The notes beneath the pieces were generated by a model. It saw only the letters and a program-made list of their open reading frames with translations, did not search any database and was not told the DNA's origin. A stretch of 64,000 bases of DNA from Elusimicrobia bacterium CG_4_9_14_3_um_filter_62_55 (GTDB lineage Bacteria > Elusimicrobiota > Elusimicrobia > UBA1565), in NCBI GenBank assembly GCA_002790095.1, contig PFUL01000054.1:9510-73509 (forward strand). The letters are read 5' to 3'. Position 1 is the first letter of the stretch. Each line of letters begins with the position of its first letter. Made by a program: the position numbers and the translations under genes. Shown here in pieces: positions 7,509 through 17,264 of this stretch.

Positions 7509-10244
7509 CTAAAATTTCTCGTATTGGGGCTTCCAGAGGCGGGAGAAGTTCAGTGAGAAGCCGGTGATCGTGCTGTAGCCGCTGATCGGGCGCACCTTCA
7601 GCATGAAATAGTAGAAATCGATGAACGGCGACACGGTCAAATCCTTCCATATCGGAAGGTGCACCTTCAGCACGCTGTTCAACTCCAAGCGCAAATCCTG
7701 GCGCGTATCGGCCGGGGTCCGGATGAAGTAATTCGCGTCGAATTCACCCTGCACGCGGACGGCGCCGATGCTGCGCGAGAGCAGCGCGCGCGTGCGAAAT
7801 CCATACTTATTGATCGGGGTTCTCGGCGTCCAATCCCGCCTCAGGTTGCCCGAAACCTCCAAGGATTGCAGCACGGTCCCGTTGAAAAATTCCACGCCCG
7901 GGTAAATCGAGGCGATGTGCCTGCGACGCTGCAGCGGCAAGCGCTCGATGTCGCCCTCGTACTGCGCTCCCATCGACGGTCCGAACGACCGGGCGATCGG
8001 TTTCCACGGGAAGGTTCCGATCTTCCAAGTCCCGACCGTCAACACCGAGGACCGGTTTCGAGGCGTATTGAGAATTTCCGCCCGCCCGGGCGGGCGCAGC
8101 CGCGAACGGCTGTATTCCGCCTCGAACGCATTGGTCCATTTAAACAGCGAACTACGGTACTCCAGGTCGGTTTTAGAAACACCGCCGATCAGCAGTTCGT
8201 CGAAGCCGTTGACCCGGGCGTTCGAGACACCGGAGAACGCTGGATCGTTGACGACCTTCGTGTTGGAAACGCGCAGGCTCAGGTCCCGGAAATTCAGCGT
8301 CCAGAGTCCCGATGTCGTCACGGGCCGGCCCAGCAGCAGCGGCCGATATCGCCTGGCGTCCCAGCCGGCATCCGCGCGCGCGCGCAGTTCTTCCAGCGCG
8401 ACTTTCTGCAAATCCCCGGCGGGAGTCTCGTGGCGCCGCGGCTTTAAGCCGGGATATTGCCCGTTCGCCGCAAGCAGCCGGTCGGTCGCCGCGACGCGAT
8501 ACACGCCCCTGGGATCGATCGGGACGCCGTGAATCGTATTCCCTTCCCCGACTCCGCCGAGCGCGAGCGGAAGTCCTCCGGGCGGGGATCCGCCGCCCTC
8601 TTGCCGACGCACCTCCGCGACGAGTCCCGCGAGCGCCGACCCGGGCAATTCGAACACCTCCACGCGGTCGCGCAGGGAAAACCACTCACGCACGAGGTCC
8701 TCGCTGAAATCGCCGGTCGTTCTCTCCTGGATGGCGAAGACGGGGACGAACGCCGCTTCCGCGCCGGAACGGTCGGCGATCAGCGAGGCGATGAGATTCC
8801 AAAAATCCCGAGCCTGCAGCCGCGGCGGACCCAAACGACCGCGCTCCGAGTAAAGCCTCCTTGAGGCCGGGAGCACGGGGGCCCTGCTGTCGACGAAAAC
8901 TCCGAATCCCTCCGCCTTGAATTTGACGAATCCGTCGAGGTCCGGCAAGGAGTCGTCGAGAAGCAGGTGCCGTTCGACGGCGTCAACCGCCTCGCCCCGC
9001 CGCGAAAGTGAAATCTCGGTCAGTACCGTCGGAGCGTCGCCGGAGACTAGAAGCGCGGGATCAAAGGGACCCCGCTGTTCGTCGCGCACCGTGTTCGACG
9101 GCAAAGCGGTGCTTGTCTCAAACGGGTGGCTGTTTCCCGCGATCACATCCAGACCCGGAACCTCGCGAAGCAGGCGTCCGTTCTGAGCGGGAGGAAGATT
9201 GGTCAACGCGACGACGAAATCCGCTTCCTGCCGCAGTTGCGGCGCCCAGCGCGTCGCCGCGGCCACCGGATCGGTAAGCCGAAAGCGCTCCGCGTATTTC
9301 GGGGGGAGATACCGCTCCCAGGCCGGGTCGGTCAGTCCCAGGACCGCCACCTTCGCCCCCGAAGCCCGGAAAATCCGGTACGGCGGGAAATAGCTCTTCG
9401 CGGGTTCCGAAGAATAAACCAGATTCGCCGAGAGAACCGGGATCGCGGCGTCCCCCCGCTCCGCGCGGTACGCGTCAAGGTCGTCGATGCGCGACAATTC
9501 GCCCGCCCCGACGGCCGCGGCGTCGACTCCCATCGCCTCGAAGCGCGATCCCGCGGCGGTCCCGGTCGTGACCGTCGCGCCGTACGCGAAAATTTCCCCT
9601 CGGTTCAGCGCCAACAGCGGACCTTCGCCGCGCAAGCGCGCGATCGCCGCCGCGACGCGGCCCTCGCCCCCTTGGGTGCGAAAGAGAAAAAACGCCGTAT
9701 GCGTCCGGCCCTGAAAGGAAAACCGGTAGACGAACGCCAACGACGCGCGCCACTGCGGGTGCCGCACTCGGGCGGGATCGAGCACGCTCAACGTGTGAAG
9801 GATCTCCCCCCCGCCTATCGGTTCCCGCGTGAGCAAGGCGCGAACGCGCCGGAACGGCGGAGCTTTCCGGTTCGGGTACGAAGCGGGATCCCTCGCGAGC
9901 GATTCGAACATGCCTGAAAATTCCTCGGACTCCGGGACAAACGCGACGATCCCGCCCGCCGATTCCAGCACCGTCAACTCCCGAGTCGAGACGCCGGTCG
10001 CGCCATCCCCGTGCAGACGCCGCGGAAGACGGAACAAGAACTCCCCTCCGTTGGAGTCGACGGGAACGTTGTAGACGCGTTCGAGATCGGCCGCGCCGTC
10101 GTAGAGCATCCGCTCGAACGGGTCGACCAGCGGCAATTCGAGGGAATAGTGGGTGCGCTGGAAAACCGCCAGCCTCACCTCTTGGGCCATCCCGGGAAGC
10201 GCCGCAGGGATCAGCAGCGCGGCGAGAAGCAGCCGTCGCGTCAT
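7509..10244 (-). CDS. large secreted protein: 5'-nucleotidase/metallophosphoesterase-like N-terminal region fused to C-terminal outer-membrane beta-barrel-like domain
   Basis: 911 aa with signal peptide MTRRLLLAALLIPAALPGMAQ. AVLGLTDP and DVIAGNSHPFE resemble the UshA/5'-nucleotidase metallophosphatase fold. The C-terminal ~350 aa show alternating amphipathic strands ending ...KPQYEKF (terminal Phe, typical of OM beta-barrels). 4-nt overlap with the upstream thioredoxin-like gene. Confidence 0.65.
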   Translation of the reverse strand: MTRRLLLAALLIPAALPGMAQEVRLAVFQRTHYSLELPLVDPFERMLYDGAADLERVYNVPVDSNGGEFLFRLPRRLHGDGATGVSTRELTVLESAGGIVAFVPESEEFSGMFESLARDPASYPNRKAPPFRRVRALLTREPIGGGEILHTLSVLDPARVRHPQWRASLAFVYRFSFQGRTHTAFFLFRTQGGEGRVAAAIARLRGEGPLLALNRGEIFAYGATVTTGTAAGSRFEAMGVDAAAVGAGELSRIDDLDAYRAERGDAAIPVLSANLVYSSEPAKSYFPPYRIFRASGAKVAVLGLTDPAWERYLPPKYAERFRLTDPVAAATRWAPQLRQEADFVVALTNLPPAQNGRLLREVPGLDVIAGNSHPFETSTALPSNTVRDEQRGPFDPALLVSGDAPTVLTEISLSRRGEAVDAVERHLLLDDSLPDLDGFVKFKAEGFGVFVDSRAPVLPASRRLYSERGRLGPPRLQARDFWNLIASLIADRSGAEAAFVPVFAIQERTTGDFSEDLVREWFSLRDRVEVFELPGSALAGLVAEVRRQEGGGSPPGGLPLALGGVGEGNTIHGVPIDPRGVYRVAATDRLLAANGQYPGLKPRRHETPAGDLQKVALEELRARADAGWDARRYRPLLLGRPVTTSGLWTLNFRDLSLRVSNTKVVNDPAFSGVSNARVNGFDELLIGGVSKTDLEYRSSLFKWTNAFEAEYSRSRLRPPGRAEILNTPRNRSSVLTVGTWKIGTFPWKPIARSFGPSMGAQYEGDIERLPLQRRRHIASIYPGVEFFNGTVLQSLEVSGNLRRDWTPRTPINKYGFRTRALLSRSIGAVRVQGEFDANYFIRTPADTRQDLRLELNSVLKVHLPIWKDLTVSPFIDFYYFMLKVRPISGYSTITGFSLNFSRLWKPQYEKF

Positions 10245-10681
10245 CGTTTCGGCTTGAAGTCGCGTTTAGGACGGGGGCGGGGCAATCCGCGGGAGCGCAT
10301 CACGGATTTCGTGATCAATTCGAGAATGGCCTCCCGCCGCGTCAGACCCGTTTCCTGACCGACCAGCATCTTGCCCCGGAAAACGAGAAGAGAGGACGGC
10401 TTCGCCCCGTACAGCGTCGCCAAATTACCCTGAGATCCCATATCGGCCTGAAAAAAAGAAGGCGTCGTGGGGTCGGTTTCGCGCGCGAACTCTCCGAGCA
10501 GACGCTCTTGAGCGACGCATAGTTCGCAATTGGAGCTGTGGAACTGAAGGACGATCGTCCTGCCGTCCTCCTGCTGCGCTCCGAAGGTCTCCGCATCGAA
10601 GGTATCGAGCATCCGGGCCCGCCGCGTTTGGGAAAACGCGAGCGCGGGAAGCAGAAGCGCCGGTAAAATCAGCCGCAGCAT
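10241..10681 (-). CDS. secreted thioredoxin-fold protein (CxxC)
   Basis: Signal peptide MLRLILPALLLPALAFSQ. CELC redox motif in a thioredoxin-like context. Confidence 0.6.
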   Translation of the reverse strand: MLRLILPALLLPALAFSQTRRARMLDTFDAETFGAQQEDGRTIVLQFHSSNCELCVAQERLLGEFARETDPTTPSFFQADMGSQGNLATLYGAKPSSLLVFRGKMLVGQETGLTRREAILELITKSVMRSRGLPRPRPKRDFKPKR

Positions 10682-10699
10682 CGCCTCGATTGTAGCGGA

Positions 10700-11884
10700 T
10701 TATCGGACGCGGATGCGCTCCGCGTCGATCATCCCTTTTCCCTGCTCTTTATCGGAGAGTCCGGGCATCGGAAGTGCTCCCCGCGCCAGCGCCGCCTTGA
10801 TCGCGTCGAAGCCCTTCGCGCCCTGAGCCGCCGCGAGCGCCGCCAGCCCGGCCACATGCGGGGTCGCCATCGAGGTTCCAGAGTAGCGTCCGTACTTTCC
10901 GCCGGGCAAGGTTGACTTGACGTCCACGCCCGGCGCGATGAAGTCGACTTCCTTTCCCCGACTCGAGAATTTAGCGACCGAGTCATTGGAGTCGCTCGCC
11001 GCGACCGCGATCGTGTTCCCGTAAGCCGCGGGATATCCCACGGAGCCTCCGGAATTCCCCGCCGCCGCGATCACGGCAACGCCTCTCGACTTCGCGTAGG
11101 AAACCGCCAGACGCATAAAGACGGTCCCCATCGGCGAGCCCAGAGACATGTTCGCGACGTCGATATCGTGGTTGCCGACCCAGATCAGTCCCTTGATGAT
11201 CGTGGTGAGACGTCCGCCCCCGTTCTTGTCGAGGACCTTAACCGGGACCAAGGACACCTCGGGCGCGACGCCGACCACGCCGGCGCCGTCGGCAACCGCC
11301 CCGATCGTGCCCGCCACATGCGTGCCATGACCCTGATCGTCGGCCGGGGGTTTGGATTTGTCGAAGGCGTTGTATCCTGCCGCGCAGTTTGCGGCCAGAT
11401 CCGGATGCGAGCAATCAATGCCGGTGTCGATGACGGCGACCCGAACGCCGCGTCCTTTCGTTTTACTCCAGGCTTTCCGGGCGTTGACGCGCGCGATTCC
11501 CCAGGGCATCTCCCCCGCGGTCGCGTTCGTCTGCTGAAACTTCCCGAGAGAGGCGGAGACGGTTTGCAGCGAGGGCAGCGCCGGCGCGGCGGCGTTGACC
11601 AGCCAAATGGTGTAAAAATCCTCTTCGACGAAGAAGATGTCCGGGTCCGACATCATTCGGATCGCGCTCGGCTGAAACGAACCGGCGGGAATCTCGGCGA
11701 CCTCGAGGCCCAAATCCTCGATCGACTCGACGGGGTTCAATCCAAAATGCCGAAGCTTCGCGTCGCGCGCCGGGGCGTCGACTCCCCTGTTGAATCCCAC
11801 GATCATGCGCTTGGGGGGATTCCCCGCGGCCGAGACCGTCCCGAGCGCCGCCGTCAAAATCACTGCCGTCATTAATCGTCGCAT
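10700..11884 (-). CDS. subtilisin-like serine protease (peptidase S8) with N-terminal propeptide
   Basis: Asp/His/Ser triad motifs VAVIDTGI, HGTHVAGTI and GTSMATPHVAG. Signal peptide. Confidence 0.9.
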   Translation of the reverse strand: MRRLMTAVILTAALGTVSAAGNPPKRMIVGFNRGVDAPARDAKLRHFGLNPVESIEDLGLEVAEIPAGSFQPSAIRMMSDPDIFFVEEDFYTIWLVNAAAPALPSLQTVSASLGKFQQTNATAGEMPWGIARVNARKAWSKTKGRGVRVAVIDTGIDCSHPDLAANCAAGYNAFDKSKPPADDQGHGTHVAGTIGAVADGAGVVGVAPEVSLVPVKVLDKNGGGRLTTIIKGLIWVGNHDIDVANMSLGSPMGTVFMRLAVSYAKSRGVAVIAAAGNSGGSVGYPAAYGNTIAVAASDSNDSVAKFSSRGKEVDFIAPGVDVKSTLPGGKYGRYSGTSMATPHVAGLAALAAAQGAKGFDAIKAALARGALPMPGLSDKEQGKGMIDAERIRVR

Positions 11885-12012
11885 CTATCCTCCGGTTGGC
11901 ACAGGCGTGCCCCGAGGGACGCGCCCGATAGTCCCACCTCCGCCGACCCGAAGAGCCTACTAAATTTAGGCCCATTAGGCCCAGATGCCGTTTCCCCCTC
12001 CGGCCGAAATCG

Positions 12013-13014
12013 TCAGCGGGCGCCGACGGCGTAGGGAACGACGACCTTAAGGAGGAAATAATGCTCATAGCCCGGTCCATCGAGCACGTCGCTCGAATAG
12101 CGTTCGAACCAGAGTTCGACCTGCTTCGACGCGAGACCGACGCCGAGGACAAGGTCCAAATTCGCCGCGGCGTATTTCTTCCGGTTCTTGTCGGTGAGGA
12201 AGTCGGCGTCGACCTTGAACCGAAGCCCCCCTCCCGGCGCGGAGATCAGCGCGCGGGCCTCATAGCGAAGGCCGGCCAAACCGGTTTGGTCGGCGCGCGC
12301 CGGGAAGCTCTTGTTGTGCAGGAAGTAGCCGAGTCCGAACTCCCCGCGAAGCGTCGCGCCTTTGGGTTTTTTATTGTTGTACAAGGTCTGCCGCCCGAGC
12401 GGCTGCAGGCCCGCGAGTTCGGCCTCGAAGGTCGCGCCCGCGCGAACGTCCCAGTAGCGGGAGGAGCCGCCGCTGCGGTCGAGGGGCAGATGCTCCTCGC
12501 GGTCGAACTGGATCCGCCAAGGTCCGTTGCGGCTTCCCATCCCGATCAAGTAGCTGCCCTGCGAAGGGAAGAGCGCGCGAGGACGGTCTCGGTCGGTCAC
12601 CAGAAGTCCGTCCACCAAAAATCCCATCCGGTTTCCCCGGAACGCGTCGAGCAAGGAAAGGCGGTACAGTTGAGCCCCCGTCCCGCTAGAATCGGGCCGC
12701 GCGGCGGCGGCGCCGACGCCGCTGGGGATCAGGCGTCCGATTTCGAGCCGCCCGGCCTGAGTCCGCTCGAGCGTCTCCACCGCGGGGAGGTCCTCCCGTC
12801 CGAGAGTCGGACGGTGGAAGACTCCGGCCGACGCCGCTTGAGCGCTCAGGCCGAAACAAAGAAATAGGTGAACGGCCGCCCGGGCTCGTTGCGCGCGCGC
12901 AACGCGGCGAGTTCGTCTCCGGAATCCACGACGATCCAGTTTCGGTTCAGCACGACCCATTGATTTCCGTATTCCGCCGCGAGTTGAAGCAGGTTCAAGG
13001 TTGCCATACGGCAA
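12013..13014 (-). CDS. secreted hypothetical protein (start uncertain)
   Basis: 333-aa ORF. Arg-rich n-region followed by hydrophobic AAVHLFLCFGLSAQAASA looks like a signal peptide. Internal Met at 12960 is an alternative start. No catalytic motif recognised. Confidence 0.45.
   Translation of the reverse strand: MPYGNLEPASTRGGIRKSMGRAEPKLDRRGFRRRTRRVARAQRARAAVHLFLCFGLSAQAASAGVFHRPTLGREDLPAVETLERTQAGRLEIGRLIPSGVGAAAARPDSSGTGAQLYRLSLLDAFRGNRMGFLVDGLLVTDRDRPRALFPSQGSYLIGMGSRNGPWRIQFDREEHLPLDRSGGSSRYWDVRAGATFEAELAGLQPLGRQTLYNNKKPKGATLRGEFGLGYFLHNKSFPARADQTGLAGLRYEARALISAPGGGLRFKVDADFLTDKNRKKYAAANLDLVLGVGLASKQVELWFERYSSDVLDGPGYEHYFLLKVVVPYAVGAR
12846..13007 (-). CDS. small DUF5678-like protein (53 aa), overlaps the 5' end of the previous gene in another frame
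   Basis: MATLNLLQLAAEYGNQWVVLNRNWIVVDSGDELAALRARNEPGRPFTYFFVSA fits the DUF5678 pattern (Y.GkWVa....kvVasGd...a...A...g..P..fFV). The longer 119-aa version of this ORF would overlap the metalloprotease start. Confidence 0.35.
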   Translation of the reverse strand: MATLNLLQLAAEYGNQWVVLNRNWIVVDSGDELAALRARNEPGRPFTYFFVSA

Positions 13015-13161
13015 CGTAGCAATACTACATTAAATCGTTGTTGCGGTTCGGAACCGAACCCGGACGGCCGAAAGTCCCATTTCAGGGTGGGCCGATTGTC
13101 CTCGCCTCCAATCCCCGTTCGACTCAACGGCTCCCCGGATGGGAATGTGTAGGATGCGTCC

Positions 13162-15447
13162 ATGAATAAGGACTCCAAACTCACGAAATTCGTTTCCGTT
13201 TTCATCGCGGCCGCGTTGCTGGCCGCAAATCCCGCCGGAGTCGCCTATGCCGGCTTCACCGCCGTCACCGGAAAGGCCGCCGTCGGGGCCGCGCCGGTCG
13301 CCGCTCCCATCGGCTTGATCCCGGGCCTGGGCAACGCGCCCTCTTTGAGCGTTCCGGCCGCGTCGCTTCAATTGGAGGGGTCTTTGCCTTCTTTGGCGCT
13401 TCCCTCGCTCGCCGCCCCCGCGTCCGCGCTGAACGCGGCCTCGCCGCTTCAGACCGCCGCGGCCGCGACCGGACTTCGCTTCGTGACCGCGACGGAAGGG
13501 TCCGCTCCGCGCGCCGCCGCGCCTTCGGCGCCGGCCGCCGCTCGAATCCTTATTAAGGATACGGTCGCCTCCGAAGCCGCCGTAACGGCCGCTCCCATCC
13601 GCAGGGAAGGAACCCTCCACCGGATCGGGCTGGCGCTCAAACAGCGCTCCTGGGCCCCTCTGTTCGACGGATCCCGCCCCACGATGCGCTCCGGCGCCGG
13701 ATTCGGCATTCAAGCCGCCGAGCCGCAGGACGCGGGCATCGAGCTCGACCCGCAGCCCGCGCAGCCGGAAGAAACCGAAGTTCCGCGCGTCAGCTGGAAA
13801 CGAGTCCGCGTTCCCGGCGCCCGCCCGAGCGGACTCGCCCGGCTTTTCAGCAGCCGCTCGAACCGGGAAATCGTCCTTGGCGGCAACCCGAGAACCGCGG
13901 CCGCCGTCGAGGCCGAAATCCGCGCAATGATCGACGCGAATCCCTCCCGATTCGGCGGGGTCCGTTCCGACGCGCTCGAAACCGTGATTTCCAAGCGGAT
14001 CGTCGGCCGCGCTGGGCTCGCGGACGTCGTCTACGTCGGCTTCCGCCAGAAGCTCAATGGGACCTCCGTCGAAGGGACGTTCTTGAATCTCTCGGTGCGT
14101 CTCGGCGCCGAGGACGCCGCCGTCGTCTCCGAAACGGCGCAGCTTTATCCGCAACTCAATGTAAACACCGAGGGAACGCTCGACGAGACTCAGGCGCTTG
14201 AAAACGCCTTCGACCGCCTGGGACGCCCGACCGGCTCCTACAACGACCTGCAGCCCGTCGGACAGAAGGTGATGCATCTGGGAGGCCGGTGGCGCTACGT
14301 CTCCGTGCACTACTCCGAAAGCAAGGCGCTACTCGCCGCGGTGGATTTGAACAACGGCGAGGCGTTCGCCTGGGACCCGAAGGTGCACGCGGAGTCCAAG
14401 GGGGGACTCACGGGCCGAGGCGTCCCGTTCGACCCGGCCCAAACGGGCACGAACATCGAAGAGATGCCGATGCCCCACGCCCAGATCACGACCTCGGACG
14501 GGCGCATGTTTTACACCGACAAAGACGGCTGGTTCACGCTGGAAGGCGACAAGCCGGTGACGATCACCGCGACGCTCAAAGGCAGATACGCGACCCTTGC
14601 AGATCAGGGCGCCTCGACGCTGAAGGTCACGGCGACCGTAACCCCGGGCGAGCCGATCCGGCTGGTATTCAATCCCGAAGGCTACGACGAGAACACCGTC
14701 GCCCAGGTCAACGCCTACCGGCATGCGAACGTCGTCCACGACTGGCTGGGCGCGAACCAGATCGACAAGGAGATCAACCGTTCGATCGCGATCAAGACGA
14801 ACATCAACCAGGACTGCAACGCGTACTACACGCCGTGGAGCCCGAGCCTCAACTTCTTCAAGTCGAGCTCGCGCTGCATCAACACCGCCTACGACACGGT
14901 CGTCTACCACGAATACGGACACTTCGTCGACGACATGATCGGCGGCATCGTCAACGGCGGTCTTTCCGAAGGCTGGGGAGACGTAATCGCCCTGTACATC
15001 ACCGGTCAACCCGTGCTCGGCGAGGGCTTCCTGAAGGGCCGCACGCCGGACTACATCCGCCACGGTGAGAACAAGTACCAGTACCGCGATCGCGACGAAG
15101 TCCACGCCCAAGGGCAGGCCTGGGGCGGCTTCGCGTGGAAACTGCGCAAGGCGCTCATCGAGAAGCTCGGCGAGAAAGAGGGCAAGGCGGTCGCCGAAGC
15201 CCTCGTCGTTCCGGTTTTCTTCGCGAACGTCCGCAACGTCCCCGCCGCCATCGAGGCCGTCTTGATGCGCGCGGTGGGCGAAGACGGGTCCATAGCGCAC
15301 TTCGAACAGATCCGTGCCGCGGCCGCCGCGCACGGCATCGCCATCAAGCGGCCCGCGGGCGGAGTGGCGGGGTCCTGGGTCCGCCGGACGGGCTTCTGGA
15401 GCTGGATCTCCTCGGTCGCCGGATCGGCGTCGGAACGCCGAATCTAA
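13162..15447 (+). CDS. secreted zinc metalloprotease, fungalysin/thermolysin-like (M36/M4, clan MA) with propeptide
   Basis: HEYGHFVDD (HExxH) followed by GGLSEGWGDV (the third zinc-ligand Glu in an EGWxD context is the fungalysin-type signature). Signal peptide, Ala/Pro-rich linker and FTP/PepSY-like propeptide region. Confidence 0.85.
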   Translation: MNKDSKLTKFVSVFIAAALLAANPAGVAYAGFTAVTGKAAVGAAPVAAPIGLIPGLGNAPSLSVPAASLQLEGSLPSLALPSLAAPASALNAASPLQTAAAATGLRFVTATEGSAPRAAAPSAPAAARILIKDTVASEAAVTAAPIRREGTLHRIGLALKQRSWAPLFDGSRPTMRSGAGFGIQAAEPQDAGIELDPQPAQPEETEVPRVSWKRVRVPGARPSGLARLFSSRSNREIVLGGNPRTAAAVEAEIRAMIDANPSRFGGVRSDALETVISKRIVGRAGLADVVYVGFRQKLNGTSVEGTFLNLSVRLGAEDAAVVSETAQLYPQLNVNTEGTLDETQALENAFDRLGRPTGSYNDLQPVGQKVMHLGGRWRYVSVHYSESKALLAAVDLNNGEAFAWDPKVHAESKGGLTGRGVPFDPAQTGTNIEEMPMPHAQITTSDGRMFYTDKDGWFTLEGDKPVTITATLKGRYATLADQGASTLKVTATVTPGEPIRLVFNPEGYDENTVAQVNAYRHANVVHDWLGANQIDKEINRSIAIKTNINQDCNAYYTPWSPSLNFFKSSSRCINTAYDTVVYHEYGHFVDDMIGGIVNGGLSEGWGDVIALYITGQPVLGEGFLKGRTPDYIRHGENKYQYRDRDEVHAQGQAWGGFAWKLRKALIEKLGEKEGKAVAEALVVPVFFANVRNVPAAIEAVLMRAVGEDGSIAHFEQIRAAAAAHGIAIKRPAGGVAGSWVRRTGFWSWISSVAGSASERRI

Positions 15448-15466
15448 TCGACTGAAAGCGGAAAAA

Positions 15467-15495
15467 CCCCGGGGCGCACGCGCCCCGGGGTTTTT
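15467..15495 (+). terminator. rho-independent terminator (CCCCGGGGCG-CACG-CGCCCCGGGG + T5)
   Basis: 10-bp perfect GC stem, 4-nt loop, TTTTT. 20 nt after the metalloprotease stop. Confidence 0.65.
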
Positions 15496-15572
15496 CCATT
15501 CCGGCTCGATGTGGTAGAATCACTCAGCGACGAAATTAAATCCGTAAAGAATTCCTTCCCCTTCGGAGCCTC

Positions 15573-17255
15573 ATGAACAAGATTTCCTTCGCGCTGAACC
15601 TGCTCGGCGCTCTCGGCGTTTTTCTGTACGGTCTCAAGGTCATGAGCGAGGGTCTCCAAAAACTCGCCGGCACGAAGTTGCGCGAGGTGCTCGCGAAAGC
15701 CACGAGCAACCGCTTCAGCGCGACTCTCTCCGGCTTCCTCGTCACCTGCGCGGTGCAGTCCTCGAGCGCGACGACGGTGATGGTGGTGGGCTTTTGCAGC
15801 GCCGGACTGATGACGCTGTCCCAAAGCCTAGGCGTGATCTTCGGCGCAAACATCGGCACGACGACGACGGCCTGGATCGTCAGCCTGCTCGGCTTCAAGG
15901 TCCACATGGAGAGGATCGCGGTGCCGCTGATCGGCATGGGCTTCTTCTCGCAGTTCATCAAGCGCTGGCGCATGCCCCACCGCATCGGCGAGGTTTTCGT
16001 CGGTTTCGGCCTGCTGTTCCTCGGCCTTGCGCTGCTCAGTGAAACGATCCCGAACGTGAAGGACGCGCCCGAGATGCTGACTATGATCTCGAGATTCTCT
16101 CCCGAGACTCTCTTCGGCTTCGGCTACGCGATCCTGGCCGGGACGATCATGACCGTCGCGGTGCAGTCCTCGAGCGCGGCGATGGCGATCACCCTGACCG
16201 CCGCGGCCAACGGCCTGATCGACTTTCCGACCTGCGCGGCGCTCGCGATCGGCCAGAACATCGGCACGACCACGACCGCCCTGCTCGCGGCGATCGGCGC
16301 GCCGCTGACCGCCCGCCGCGCGGCGCTCGGACATTTCCTATTCAACGTGATCGGGGTGATCCCGGTGATGCTCGTGTTCTCGCAAATTCTCGCCGGAGTA
16401 GACTGGGTGATGCCGGGGGATCCGTACTCGACCGGACAGCAAGCCCATCTCGCGGTCACCACGCATCTGTCGCTGTTTCACACGATGTTCAACGTGTTCA
16501 ACACGATCCTGTTCCTGCCCTTTATCAAGCAATTCGAGAATCTAATCGTGAAGCTGATGCCCGGTTCGGCGAAGGGCCCCCAGGAGCACGATCTGGTCTA
16601 TCTCTCGACGCCGTTCTCGGCGACGCCGGAACTCTCGATCATCGCGGCGCAGAAGGAAGTGGACCGTTTGGCGGGGATATGCCTCAAGATGGTGGGCAAG
16701 ATCCGCCGGGCGCTCGACATCCGCGGCAAGGAGCGCACCGACCTGCTCGACGAGCTGCGTGAGGACGAGAAGACCACCGACATCCTCGAGCACAAGATCA
16801 CCACCTATCTCGCGGAACTGACTCACGGCCACCTCTCTTCGCCGGCCAACCGCCAGGTCATCTCCATGCTCTCGATGGTCAATGATTTAGAGCGCATCGG
16901 CGACCACGGCGAAAAGGTGTCGATCCTGCTCAAACGGGAAGCCGAAGGCTCCTATGACTTCACCAAGGACGCCTGGAAGGAACTGCACCAGATGGTCGAT
17001 GAGGCGGAGGGAGTCCTGAAGGGCATGAAGAAGCAGATTCTCCATCCCGACAAAGACCCTCTCCCCAAGGCCCTCGAGCGCGAAGAAGCGCTCAACGACC
17101 TGCGCAGCAGGTTACGGCAGAACCATTTGGACCGCCTCGCCCACGGCAAATGCTCCGCCATCGCCGGGGTGGTTTTCTCGGATCTTTTAACTTCGTTCGA
17201 GAAGATGGGCGATCACGCCTTCAACGTGGTCGAAGCCTGCGTCGGCGTCAAGTAG
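15573..17255 (+). CDS. Na+/phosphate cotransporter family protein with C-terminal PhoU-like domain
   Basis: Two repeated Na_Pi_cotrans cores (QSSSATTVMVVGF... and QSSSAAMAITLTAA...). C-terminal helical PhoU-like region. Confidence 0.85.
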   Translation: MNKISFALNLLGALGVFLYGLKVMSEGLQKLAGTKLREVLAKATSNRFSATLSGFLVTCAVQSSSATTVMVVGFCSAGLMTLSQSLGVIFGANIGTTTTAWIVSLLGFKVHMERIAVPLIGMGFFSQFIKRWRMPHRIGEVFVGFGLLFLGLALLSETIPNVKDAPEMLTMISRFSPETLFGFGYAILAGTIMTVAVQSSSAAMAITLTAAANGLIDFPTCAALAIGQNIGTTTTALLAAIGAPLTARRAALGHFLFNVIGVIPVMLVFSQILAGVDWVMPGDPYSTGQQAHLAVTTHLSLFHTMFNVFNTILFLPFIKQFENLIVKLMPGSAKGPQEHDLVYLSTPFSATPELSIIAAQKEVDRLAGICLKMVGKIRRALDIRGKERTDLLDELREDEKTTDILEHKITTYLAELTHGHLSSPANRQVISMLSMVNDLERIGDHGEKVSILLKREAEGSYDFTKDAWKELHQMVDEAEGVLKGMKKQILHPDKDPLPKALEREEALNDLRSRLRQNHLDRLAHGKCSAIAGVVFSDLLTSFEKMGDHAFNVVEACVGVK

Positions 17256-17264
17256 AGGACAGGT

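Noticed and set aside
11463-12152. 229-aa ORF and many other 60-250-aa Arg/Pro/Gly-rich ORFs on opposite or alternate frames of confident genes (e.g. 1129..1575, 5250..5855, 8173..8685, 26572..28269)
   Set aside because: Composition (R/P/G/A-rich, no motifs) and complete overlap with strongly supported genes mark them as high-GC frame artefacts.
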